Shown in pieces: positions 22,594 to 33,920 of a stretch of 33,920 nt of DNA. A program made the position numbers and the translations under genes. The notes under the pieces are model-generated. The model did not search any database. It was given only the letters and a program-made list of their open reading frames with translations, and was not told the origin of the DNA. How positions within the stretch are numbered: the first letter of the stretch is position 1; each line of letters begins with the position of its first letter. The stretch comes from Nemertoderma westbladi (Eukaryota; Animalia; Xenacoelomorpha), in assembly GCA_032718475.1 (NCBI GenBank), contig JAUCBJ010004446.1:1-33920 (forward strand), written 5' to 3'.

Positions 22594-22780
22594 GGGTCCC
22601 GCTGGCAGCAACCCAATGTGTCTGCGAGCGAGACACGCCCTGGCCGATACAATGCAACAGCATCACGGAGTCCCTGACGAGCCATGGCAACTGCGTTACC
22701 TTGGTAACGTGGAACTAGATCGTACACGTAAGACCCTAACCCGTGCGTGTGTCGACGTGGCCTGTACCGATAACGTACAG
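22594..22780 (+). CDS. MED18: Mediator subunit 18, coding exon 3
   Basis: CAG acceptor; GPAGSNPMCLRARHALADTMQQHHGVPDEPWQLRYLGNVELDRTRKTLTRACVDVACTDNVQ (compare LRAR..PWHLRYLG..RNCVDIA). Donor CAG|GTAAGT. Confidence 0.93.
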
Positions 22781-23989
22781 GTAAGTAATTGAAACATTGT
22801 CATAAATGTTTTATGTAGTATATTTTTTACCTCTTACCTCTCATAAATATCATATCTTTGCTGCTAATCAATCACCAGCCGGCACAGCTCCAATAGCGGA
22901 ATCTGTTATGCTTTAAATTTTAAGTTATCCTTCAGCAAAAAACCTTGTAAAAAAACCTCGGCATCGGTAATTATACGGTTTATTTTGCTTCACGTGAATA
23001 TATCCGTATATCTACCTCTAAACATTGAATAATACCAGTACAGTATATTTCCGATGTAATACCGGTAACACATCTTTGATTGGAATTTTTTTAATGATCA
23101 TATATTTGCTTTAGAAATACAATAGTAATATAATAAGCACCGGTACCGTAGTTCGTATTTTAATATCGGAGATGCGGCCTATTTCTAATTATTTATTTAA
23201 TTTTTTTACTTGGATTTAGATATGATTTAGATCTCATATTTAATCCGCCATATCTCTTGTTTGATTGGCTGAAACTTTTCAAGAATACCACCACTGGATA
23301 GAGCTAGGGATGTACCGGAATTCAATTCCGGACGGAATTCCGGCCGTTTTGGACTGATTCCGGTTCCGGTCGGAATGACAGAGGTTCTGGCGCCAGAATG
23401 TCGGAATTCTCATTTTTATTTTGTCATAAAAATATTCCTATATTTACATTGTAAAACATCCTACTGATAGTATTATTTTTGGATTAAAACTTTATTTTAA
23501 ATCTTTTAACTAAAGAATCACAATATCATATATCAAGAAAAGTCACTTCGAGTAAAATGCAAAGAGACGCATGGAATGGTGGAATACTGCTGGTACTTCT
23601 AAAGAAGCGTTGTCCATCGAAATTGACAAAATTTTTCGATCGATTTTATGAAATTTTCGATCGATTATCGATGATTTTCTATTATTGCCATTGTAAAATA
23701 TAAAAAGATTTTCAATTATTCATAGGTTACTAATATAAAAATGTTCTTGCAAAAAGAAGATAATGTTTAATATTTAACAAAATTTATGTGTCTAAAGTGG
23801 CGCATTGCAATTTGCTGTTGAGAACGGTTTGATCACGTTCGTGGGGCCTTCGCGCAGCACGAGACTCAAATAACCCCTGAAGATGTATTCCGAATTCTTG
23901 TTTATATATATTTTCAATACGCCACCATGGGACTGACAGATGATCTGACTTAGTCTGTTGGTAAGCAAAATTATTAATAAAGCCTTAAT

Positions 23990-24326
23990 GTTTATAGGTC
24001 ATTTCTACCAAATTCCAGATGGATGTGCTGGTTGGTTCTATACTTTACAGCTACTTATTTGCTTATGTGTGTACCAAGTTTGGATTAATTTCATTAATGT
24101 TTGACCGACTTATTTCGGTTTTTATCAAATGTGTGAAACTACAGACAGACTGTGGTTTTTTACTAAACTTCAGATTCTTTCTAACCTTTTGGCGGTACCA
24201 AGTTTGGTTTAATTATATCATGGAATGACCGACTTATTAGCGATCAAAAATTGGACGACGACGACAGACAACTCGTTAATGGAATCCCTTTGCTAAGGCT
24301 TTGCTCACTTCGTGGCTCGCCCCACA
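23990..24326 (-). mobile_element. Second copy of the short dispersed repeat seen at 5925 (left boundary approximate)
   Basis: The reverse complement begins TGTGGGGCGAGCCACGAAGTGAG, followed by a (GTC)n tract and CCAAACTTGGTAC twice. Confidence 0.5.
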
Positions 24327-24897
24327 TTAAGATTAATAATGAATGGATTGAGAGAGTACAGTACATTAAGAGAGTTAGTGAGAGAGTGAGAGAGACCACT
24401 AAGGGGACATAACTTAACGTAAACTATACGTTAAGTAATGTCCCCTTAGTGGACATTACTTAACGTCGCCATGCGTCGTCACGTAAACTATAACACCAAA
24501 TACAATACTAAATGTACAGGCCAATACAATGCTGTAATGTCCTCTAAAGTTGTAAAGTGCTAAATAACAACTCGCTGTTAATACTAACAGTGTTGAGTAA
24601 TGTTACAATTTTGGATTAATAATTATTTTTTATGTTTATATATAATATTTCCGGCAATCTTTAATAATAATATTGTTTATTAAATGATAAATTGATAAAT
24701 TACCGTAAATATTCTATAAATATAAAAAATAACTATTAAACAATACTTTTGAATGGTATTGTCAACCGTGAAAAAGGTCAAATTTACAAACACCTATAAG
24801 CTTATTTATTGCATGAGGAATCTTTACAAATAGATCACAAATTAAATATTAATATTATTTTATTATTCTTATTATTAACAACGGAATAAAGTAAGCG

Positions 24898-26650
24898 GGC
24901 GGGGTAGCTCAGTTGGTCGAACGCCAATCTTACAATCTATTGGTTGTAGGTTCGAACCCCGCCATTGATTGTCCATTCTGCCTTTCATCCCCTGGAGTCG
25001 ATAAAATTTGGACCAGTTGAATAATTATTGGGAGCAAAACTAGGGATGTGAGTAGCGCACACCCCTACCAGGAGTAGCGCCCACCCCTACCTTTGGGTAG
25101 CAGATAGGAGTAGCGCCCACCCCTACCTTCGGGTAGCATATAGGAGTAGCGCACACCCCTACCAGGAGTAGCGCCCACCCCTACCCTCGGGTAGCAGATA
25201 GGAGTAGCGCCCACCCCTACCTTCGGGTAGCAGATAGGAGTAGCGCCCACCCCTACCCTCGGGTAGCAGATAGGAGTAGCGCCCACCCCTATCTTCGGGT
25301 AACAGATAGGAGTAGCGCCCACCCCTACCAGGAGTAGCGCCCACCCCTACCCTCGGGTAGCAGATAGGAGTAGCGCCCACCCCTACCTTCGGGTAGCAGA
25401 TAGGAGTAGCGCCCACCCCTACCCTCGGGTAGCAGATAGGAGTAGCGCCCACCCCTATCTTCGGGTAACAGATAGGAGTAGCGCACACCCCTACCAGGAG
25501 TAGCGCCCACCCCTACCTTTGGGTAGCAGATAGGAGTAGCGCCCACCCCTACCATCGGGTAGCAGATAGGAGTAGCGCACACCCCTACCAGGAGTAGCGC
25601 CCACCCCTACCCTCGGGTAGCAGATAGGAGTAGCGCCCACCCCTACCCTCGGGTAGCAGATAGGAGTAGCGCCCTCCCCTATCTTCGGGTAACAGATAGG
25701 AGTAGCGCCCACCCCTACCAGGAGTAGCGCCCACCCCTACCAGGAGTAGCGCCGACCCCTACCCTCGGGTAGCAGTTAGGAGTAGCGCCCACCCCTACCC
25801 TCGGGTAGCAGATAGGAGTAGCGCCCACCCCTACCTTCAGGTAGCAGATAGGAGTAGCGCCCACCCCTACCTTCGGGTAGCAGATAGGAAGGAGTAGCGC
25901 CCACCCCTACCTTCGGGTAGCAGATAGGAGTAGCGCCCACCCCTACCTTCGGGTAGCAGATAGGAAGGAGTAGCGCCCACCCCTACCTTCGGGTAGCAGA
26001 TAGGAGTAGCGCCCACCCCTACCTTCGGGTAGCAGATAGGAGTAGCGCACACCCCTACCAGGAGTAGCGCCCACCCCTTCCCTCGGGTAGCAGATAGGAG
26101 TAGCGCCCACCCCTACCAGGAGTAGCGCCCACCCCTACCCTCGGGTAGCAGATAGGAGTAGCGCCCACCCCTACCCTCGGGTAGCAGATAGGAGTAGCGC
26201 CCACCCCTACCTTCATGTAGCAGATAGGAGTGGCGCCCACCCCTACCTTCGGGTAGCAGATAGGAGTAGCGCCCACCCCTACCTTCGGGTAGCAGATAGG
26301 AGTAGCGCCCAGGCCCACCCCTACCTTCGGGTACCAGATAAGAGTAGCGTCCACCCCTACCTTCGGGTAGCAGATAGGAGTAGCGCCCACCCCTACCTTC
26401 GGGTAGCAGATAGGAGTAGCGCCCAGGCCCACCCCTTCCTTCGGGTACCAGATAAGAGTAGCGCCCACCCCTACCTTCGGGTAGCAGATAGGAGTAGCGC
26501 CCAGGCCCACCCCTACCTTCGGGTACCAGATAAGAGTAGCGTCCACCCCTACCTTCGGGTAGCAGATAAGAGTAGCGTCCACCCCTACCTTCGGGGAACA
26601 GCTATCGAAAGTGGAGCCTTCTGGTCGCCTCCGGCTCCGGTCGATAAATC
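24898..26650 (+). mobile_element. tRNA-derived SINE with an internally amplified satellite
   Basis: A box TAGCTCAGTTGG (24905) and B box GGTTCGAACCC (24949), then TGCCTTTCATCCCCTGGAGTCGATAAAAT, resembling a conserved invertebrate SINE central domain (recalled, not searched). A unique tail resumes at about 26596. Confidence 0.7.
25050..26595. repeat. 36-bp/22-bp composite minisatellite
   Basis: Unit GGAGTAGCGCCCACCCCTACCTTCGGGTAGCAGATA interspersed with 22-bp truncated units. A 166-bp higher-order period is visible at 25159, 25325 and 25491. Confidence 0.96.
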
Positions 26651-27016
26651 GTTTTTCTCAATCTGTACATAAACACTCGGTTCATACAGCTGAAAAGTGA
26701 TACCTTTCTCACTATAACTACTGTATAATACAAATTATTATAGCAATAAAATATAAGTCCCCTATCTATTTCATGGATTCTTGAGACACTGGCTTTATTT
26801 TATGAAATTTCCGGTTCCGCCCGTAACCAAAAACCCCAATTCCAGTACATATCCCTCGATAAAGCTGTCGATTTAGTGTAATGGTATAAAAATTTGTCAA
26901 AATTTTCTCTAAGTCTTTAGGTACTTAATCGACGATGTATTTGGTAATAATAGTAAATCAATGGATTTATTATTTATTGAACATCATAATTTCTTTTACT
27001 TTGTTTTGTTTTCTAG

Positions 27017-27121
27017 GCATTCCTTTTAGATCTTGGATTTAAGATGGAAGCGGAATTTGTTGCTAAAGGAATTTTATTTCGTAAAGGACGAATGAAGATT
27101 ACATTATCTAAGTTATTTAAG
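27017..27121 (+). CDS. MED18: Mediator subunit 18, coding exon 4 (gene incomplete downstream)
   Basis: Polypyrimidine-TAG acceptor; AFLLDLGFKMEAEFVAKGILFRKGRMKITLSKLFK versus human DFLMEMGFRMDHEFVAKGHLFRKGIMKIMVYKIFR. Donor AAG|GTAAAT. Confidence 0.94.
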
Positions 27122-27233
27122 GTAAATTTAATTTATATTTGGAAAACGATTGGCGAATATCTTATTAATGTAGAATTATTTGCGAATGGTGCTGTTTCAC
27201 GCTAGCTGTCTCTGCAGCTATACCCACCGCTTG

Positions 27234-27427
27234 CGCCAATATTGGTGCCAACGCACAACGCCAATATTGGTGCCAACGCACAACGCCAATATTGGTGCCA
27301 ACGTACAACGCCAATATTGGTGCCAACGCACAACGCCAATATTGGTGCCAACGTACAACGCCAATATTGGTGCCAACGCACAACGCCAATATTGGTGCCA
27401 ACGCACAACGCCAATATTGGTGCCAAC
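27234..27427. repeat. 25-bp tandem repeat, 8 copies, with a palindromic core
   Basis: Unit CGCCAATATTGGTGCCAACG(C/T)ACAA. Confidence 0.95.
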
Positions 27428-28400
27428 TAGAGTTGAAACAGAGACCTGTTTTTCTTAATCCCGGTGAACCAGAGCCCTACCCGGAGAATTATTTAGAAAA
27501 ATACCGGAGACCAGAGCCAGAGATCAGAGACTTTGCTTATTTTTGTACTTACAATTTGATTACTCCCCTATAGCACAAACAGGTACATACGGCCTTAGAA
27601 CTATTTTTCTATGGTTCAATTACAGTAAAGTAAATCCAACCCATTTCAACCCTTACCCATTGTAAGAAAATAAGCGCACGTACAGTTTGGGGGGCTTAAT
27701 TAATATTAATTTGGTTATTTGTTATTAATTCGTTTTATTTTGTTATTGTTAATAATATGTTACATAAATTTGTTTTGCGCCATAGGTACCGGTACTTTGT
27801 TAATTAAAGGCACTTATTTTACAATTGTTCAAATCATATACATTTCAATATACATAGTCATACTTAGTCATTTACGAATACTTAGTGCACAGGTATAGTG
27901 CTCTACTCGCCCCATTTACAAGCCTCGTTACCGTTACGCTCGTTCTCTCCATTTGGTCGTCATATTATCTATCCTATAACAAATTGAATGGAAACAGGAT
28001 GGTGTGCTCAAATTAAGCGCCCTTATCCGTAAATAAGAACGACCTTTAGGTGCTAATTTAACTTAAAATTAAACGCACCTTAAAGTAATTAAATAGAAGA
28101 TTATCGGTACATTTATTAGAAATAGTGTAAAAGTGAATATATAATTGTGTTGAAGCGGTGTATGTAAAATAGTTAAAAATTAAAGAAATTACACCGACTG
28201 TGTCATTAGAACGCACAATATAATAAGCTAATAAATAAATGATACAGACTGTCTGAATTGATAAGCATATAAAAGTTCATATCAATTGGATGCGTTGGGG
28301 TCACAATCGCACCCATGAATCGAACTATAACATTGATATAGTAACAATGTGTTGGCAAGCTGTATTTGTCGAGGTGTTTGTTATGATACATTTATTGACG

Positions 28401-28654
28401 GACGGGATCTAGGGGTCTTAACCTCGAATGATAAGTTTATTTTACCGAAAATAACTTATCTTTTATTGGCGCAATTGTAGGACTATTCTCATCACATGCT
28501 TACTTTTTAACCGGGTAGTGTACAAATTTAGGAATCGCGTAATTTTTCTTCAAATTAATATCTCATATCTCTCCAAAAGTTAAGTTATAGTTAAGATAAG
28601 TTATTTTCGGTAAAATAAACTTATAATTCGAGGTTAAGACCCCTAGATCCCGTC
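28401..28654. mobile_element. 254-bp MITE with 62-bp TIRs
   Basis: GACGGGATCTAGGGGTCTTAACCTCGAAT...AATAACTTATCTT (28401-28462) is inverted at 28593-28654 with 1 mismatch. TSD unclear. Confidence 0.85.
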
Positions 28655-28795
28655 TTATAATAAACTATAACATGACTGACCTTAATAATTTCCATAATTG
28701 TTTTTATAGAACTACTCTAGTAATAACTCATTGATTCGTTTACATCTTAGTTTAATTTTTTTACGCACAATTCCCCAATTTTTACCCCGAGTGGG

Positions 28796-28961
28796 TGTTA
28801 ATATCTAGGATATGTGAAAAATGTATGATTGTAGTAACATGTGCAACGAACAAGTTCTAGAATAGTTAGTTTTAATATATTCTGGATTGTACTGCGTAAA
28901 AGTGTTTGTTGGTAATAAATAGGCGTTGTGGTATAATAGAGCAGCATTTATAGTATTAACA
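28796..28961 (+). repeat. 5' LTR
   Basis: Direct repeat of 30952-31115, differing by 4 substitutions and one 2-bp indel by eye. Confidence 0.92.
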
Positions 28962-29354
28962 ATGTTAGCGGAGCGTACCGACCAATCTTAATCCCTCTTT
29001 TTAGCGTTAAAAAAAAGAAACAGTGTATTGCGTAAATTCACATTCAGTATTGCGTAGCGTGGCATTGCGAAATTTACTATCGTGGTGGTATGAAAAATAA
29101 AATACATGTTGAGATGGCGTTAAGATTGAATCCACCAGAGTTTAAGAAAGACTCAGAGTTATGCTTACACTGGACATGCTTAGCAATGTCATTAGGTTAA
29201 CGTGAAAGCTTGACCTTGTATATCATTAGATAGCGCTTTCAGAAGCGGTATAAATAAACTTTACATTAAGTGAATCCGATTTGTGGAAGAAAAGAGAAGA
29301 GATGTTGACCCTCGGTTGCAGCCAATCTCCATTAGACCCTGCTCTATTTATTTT

Positions 29355-29954
29355 GGCTAGAGTTCCGTACGTCCCCCCATTTTTAAAATGACTTGAATTA
29401 CCCGTGTATTGTCATTTAATGTTATGGAATAGATTTTTTATATTGTACTATTGCATTTGTTTATTACATACAAATAGTTGATTTTTTATAAAAATAACTT
29501 TATACGGTTCTCTGAATTTATATCTATTGCTTCACGGCGACAGTAGTCGTAAGAGTCATTGACAGAGTATGAGTATATTATATTAAGTACTTTTTCAGGC
29601 GCCAGTTTCACTCCCTCAAACCATGTTCCCTTTGTTATTGAAATTTCGTTATCTCTACATTCTCCTTTTTTGCATCTAAATCTTCCAATTCCCTTAGTTT
29701 TTTCATTAAAATGCATGTCAGTGTGATGCACAGTGCATATCTTTTTTTTTGGAAGAAGATTAACTCCCTGTAACCAGTTAATTGTCGATGTACGCTGTAC
29801 ACGCTGTACAAATGACGGCGATTGATAATGGAACACATTTTCTCTGCTTTTTTTAGAATGTTCTAGAATATTTAATTAGCGACGCTCAAGAAACATGGTG
29901 TTATGGTATAGTAAAAAAATCTCGCAAAATGGGGGGACGTACGGAACTGTTCCC
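29355..29954 (-). mobile_element. Merlin (IS1016/IS1595-related) deletion derivative inserted in the Copia RT
   Basis: TIRs GGNNNNAGTTCCGTACGTCCCCCCATTTT and an 8-bp TTTATTTT TSD (29347-29354 and 29955-29962). ORF 29486-29836 has the Merlin N-terminal pattern WL..LL..C..M..FRC..C..GTWFE..KL and lacks the DDE domain. Confidence 0.85.
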
Positions 29955-29962
29955 TTTATTTT

Positions 29963-30770
29963 AGAGAGGATGGCAATCTTTGCGGTATTCTAGTCTCACA
30001 CATTGACGATTTCCTGCATGCAGGAAATCAAAACTTCGAGTCTAAAATTATACAGAATCTCACCAATATATTTCTTGCGGGAAAGGAAGCAGCTCATAAA
30101 TTTACTTACGTTGGTTTTTAATTATGTCAGCTTCCTAATGAGATCATTTTAAACCAAGGATCATACTTGAAGAATATTGAGATAAAGAACATACCATTAT
30201 CCTTGAGCAAGTCAACCATTCCCAAACTTTCCCATTGTGTTCCCAAACTTAGGTAACCCAATCAATTGGTATCTAATTGTATTTACTGATGCTTCATTAG
30301 CTAATCTAGCAGACGGAGTGAGCAGTACTATGGCATTTGTTCTGTATCTAGTTGGCATAGATAATCGCTCCTGTCCCCTTTCTTGGAATGTTTGCAAGAT
30401 TAAACGCGTTGTCCGATCTACGATAGCTGCAGAGGCGTTAAGTCTTCAAGAAGGTCTAGAGCAATCGATATACACAAGAGGTGTCATTCGAGAAATAATT
30501 GGTGACGGTAATTCTATAAAGATACCCATCCGCGCGTATGTCGACAACAAGAGTGTCATTGAAGCGATTCACTCAACGAAATTTGTTGATGACAAGCGAC
30601 TACGAATCGATACTGGGGCTATAAAACAATCCCTAGAGATAAGGGTAAAGTTGAATATGTGCGTTGGTGCCCAGGTTCCATGCAAATAGCAGATTGTTTG
30701 ACTAAAAAAGGAGCTTCCGGATTTCATTTCCTGGAGAGCATACAACATTGTCGAATTGACTTTCTACGAT
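29963..30770 (+). pseudogene. Copia RT and RNase H remnants
   Basis: GILVSHIDDFLHAG..FTYVG (RT), then VFTDASLANL..PLSW..KIKRVVRSTIAAEALSL..VDNKS..DKRLRID and a frameshifted QIADCLTKKGA (RNase H). Confidence 0.9.
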
Positions 30771-30951
30771 AATGTAACGATTCGTCAGTAGACTCTATGT
30801 TTTAAACGATTGGAGTATAACACACATGTGATTGATATTTAGAACAACAACAAAAAAAAAACATAATTTATACTAATCTATGATTGAATCTCTAGGATCA
30901 ATATCTATATATTTAGGATAAGGAAGGACTAAAAAAAAGAATTTATATTAA

Positions 30952-31115
30952 TGTTAATATCTAGGATATGTGAAAAATGTATGATTGTAGTAATATGTGC
31001 AACGAACAAGTTCTAGAATAGTTAGTTTTAATATATTCTGGATTGTACTGCGTAAAAGTGTTTGTTGGTAATAAATAAGCGTTGTGGTATAATATAGCAG
31101 TATTTAGTATTAACA
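30952..31115 (+). repeat. 3' LTR
   Basis: Direct repeat of 28796-28961, preceded by a purine-rich tract. Confidence 0.92.
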
Positions 31116-31226
31116 GTGGGGCACTGGGGCTGTATCTATTGTAATATACTTTATATTACGCATTTGTATTACAAAATTTAAACATTACTTGAACTCAGTT
31201 AGTTTTATTAACAGCTGTTTAATGTA

Positions 31227-31438
31227 GCAGGTTGATTCTCTTCAAAATAATTGATCAAAATAGTATGAAAAACTATCGAAATTAAATTTTGTTGAAAAGT
31301 ATGAAAACTATATATTTTTCGAAAGCTCCTTCAAAGATGAATCAGAATTTAGAAATATTTATTCGACTGGTCTAGTATTATAAAAAATATAATCGTAGAT
31401 TTGGTCACTTTTGAAGAGAAACAAAAGAATCAACCAGC
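31227..31438. mobile_element. Degenerate MITE-like inverted repeat
   Basis: GGTTGATTCTCTTCAAAA on the left; TTTTGAAGAGAA...GAATCAACC on the right, with an internal insertion. Confidence 0.4.
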
Positions 31439-31487
31439 AGCTTTACCGACAAATACGAAGTCATGTGGATTTGACAGATGAGTAACT

Positions 31488-32179
<692 letters not shown>

Positions 32180-33173
32180 TCATTGGTTGTAACAGGTTGG
32201 GAAACATCGTGCTTCAGTACGGTAAGCAATCTTACGTTACACACACATTTAGAAAACTGCTATAGGCAAAATTTATAGGTGGAGTGTGTTATTATTAATC
32301 ATAGTGGCCATGATTGTTCATGGTTAAAAAAATACATACACTACTGGGTAGCGTGTGGTTAAGTCACACGACCAAGTACTTAGGGTTGAGCACAGTGGCA
32401 GCAGATGATGGTATTGACATGTGGGAGGCAATGAGAAGGTAAATTGCGGACATTAGGTGTTCAAAGAGAATGTCACTCAAATTTTCCCGATTTTTGACCC
32501 CCCTCCCCCCCTCTGTCCTATTAGTAGGTACCTTTGTAGGCATAATACCCCCAAAGAACCCCCCCCCCCCCCCCCCCCCCCCCAAGACAAAAAAAACTTT
32601 TAAAATATTTATGTCAATAATATACACAAACTACATTCTGAAAACTGCACCAAATCACAAACTGCAAGCTCGACCCCCCACCCCCCCGCGTTATATACTT
32701 CACGAACGCCCCCGCATACAGGGTATCAGGTAGTATTTCCAGGTCTACCTTTTACCTGAACCGCTAACGGAATGGTTAAAGTGCCAGAAGTCCATCCTGG
32801 TGGTCACCAGTTCGATGCCATCTGGACGTCATTGCCGACTTTGCAAAGCTGTGCCCCACAACTGTTATAACAAAATGTGTAACACCCCAGACCACCCCAC
32901 CCCAACCACACGCTCTCCCGCCTGTCACAAACTTTCACACATCTCTAAACACACTCAACTTGTGTCCTCTAGGCCCCTTACTTTATGAACGGCCCCACAT
33001 GGAAAATGCTACTTTTACAGCCGATTTTGGAATAATTTCAAACTAAAAAGTTAAAATTAAAGAATAAAAAATAATCTCACAGGTTCGATCTTGCCAGCAT
33101 TCTGCTATATTCTACGTAATGGTCCGACGTACACCTGACCCTGTAGTGACAAACAACTTAAACAGGAAGACTA

Positions 33174-33425
<252 letters not shown>

Positions 33426-33687
33426 TTATTCTTAGTGTTTAAACAGGATCAGACTTTTCTGGATTTCTGGGATCGGGAGCGGGATTATCACTCTCGGGAT
33501 CCCGTTTTTCGGGATCAGGATTGCAACTTTGTATTAAATTCCTTAAAGTTAATTTAGTAAGTATATGTGGCATTTTAATATAAGTAATTATTCCCGATAA
33601 GGGCGTATTATTTTGTCAACAAAGATAAGTTTAGTAACAGTTGGAAATAAGTATTTGCAATAACGATGTCAGCGGGAAATAAAGTTA

Positions 33688-33920
<233 letters not shown>

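Larger units (their letters stand above)
23305..26857. mobile_element. Non-autonomous hAT-like element hosting nested insertions
   Basis: Left end TAGGGATGTACCGGAATT; right end reverse complement GAGGGATATGTACTGGAATT. The 8-bp flanks GATAGAGC and GATAAAGC match 7/8, and there are subterminal TTCCGG repeats. Confidence 0.7.
28796..31115 (+). mobile_element. Internally deleted Copia LTR retrotransposon (GalEa-like)
   Basis: Two ~165-bp LTRs (TGTTAATA...TATTAACA) with a 5-bp GTGGG TSD (28791-28795 and 31116-31120). PBS-like TGTTAGCGGAGC at 28963 resembles the tRNA-Met PBS TGGTAGCAGAGC. Remnants include a gag start (MALRLNPPEF), RT and RNase H. Confidence 0.92.

Noticed and set aside
24770-24800. 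Minus-strand VCKFD as the next USP7 exon (WCKFDD)
   Set aside because: It lacks the Trp, the following DDVVS and any further similarity, so it is a chance match.
24898-24964. Functional tRNA gene
   Set aside because: The 3' side of the T-stem is missing (the acceptor strand follows the T-loop directly), the anticodon arm is irregular, and it runs into a SINE body.
25065-26582. GVGATPICYP repeat ORFs
   Set aside because: These are translations of the 36-bp satellite on the antisense strand of a SINE.
27234-27427. CRISPR array (palindromic repeat); also considered for the arrays at 4931, 19067, 25050 and 31488
   Set aside because: There are no unique spacers and no cas genes, and the context is eukaryotic and intronic.
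32340-33110. tRNA/SINE heads and a MITE in the USP7 intron
   Set aside because: Only scattered A/B-box-like and C-rich motifs are present, and boundaries could not be supported.

Overview
This is repeat-rich eukaryotic DNA, probably from an invertebrate animal (inferred from spliceosomal introns, metazoan-type genes and TE content). It contains two convergent, incomplete host genes. MED18 is on the + strand with 4 coding exons (18004-27121), and its last exon was not found. USP7 is on the - strand with 3 catalytic-domain exons (>33920-32006), and its downstream exons were not found. The rest is mostly transposable elements and tandem arrays: an apparently intact two-ORF PIF/Harbinger transposon just upstream of MED18, a deleted Copia (GalEa-like) LTR element split by a Merlin insertion, CR1/L2 and RTE LINE fragments, a Gypsy protease relic, several MITEs, a tRNA-derived SINE with an internal satellite, and about 9 tandem arrays. 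Three signals stand out. (1) There are more than 20 copies of a 5-bp direct repeat flanking CAG/CTG, clustered in three hot spots including the MED18 5' region. Inside one satellite these are demonstrably 8-bp insertions, which suggests an excision footprint of an unidentified element. (2) A 13-copy tandem array duplicates the USP7 catalytic His box together with its 5' splice site. (3) MED18 and USP7 appear interleaved or mutually truncated. All calls were made by eye, without database searches.
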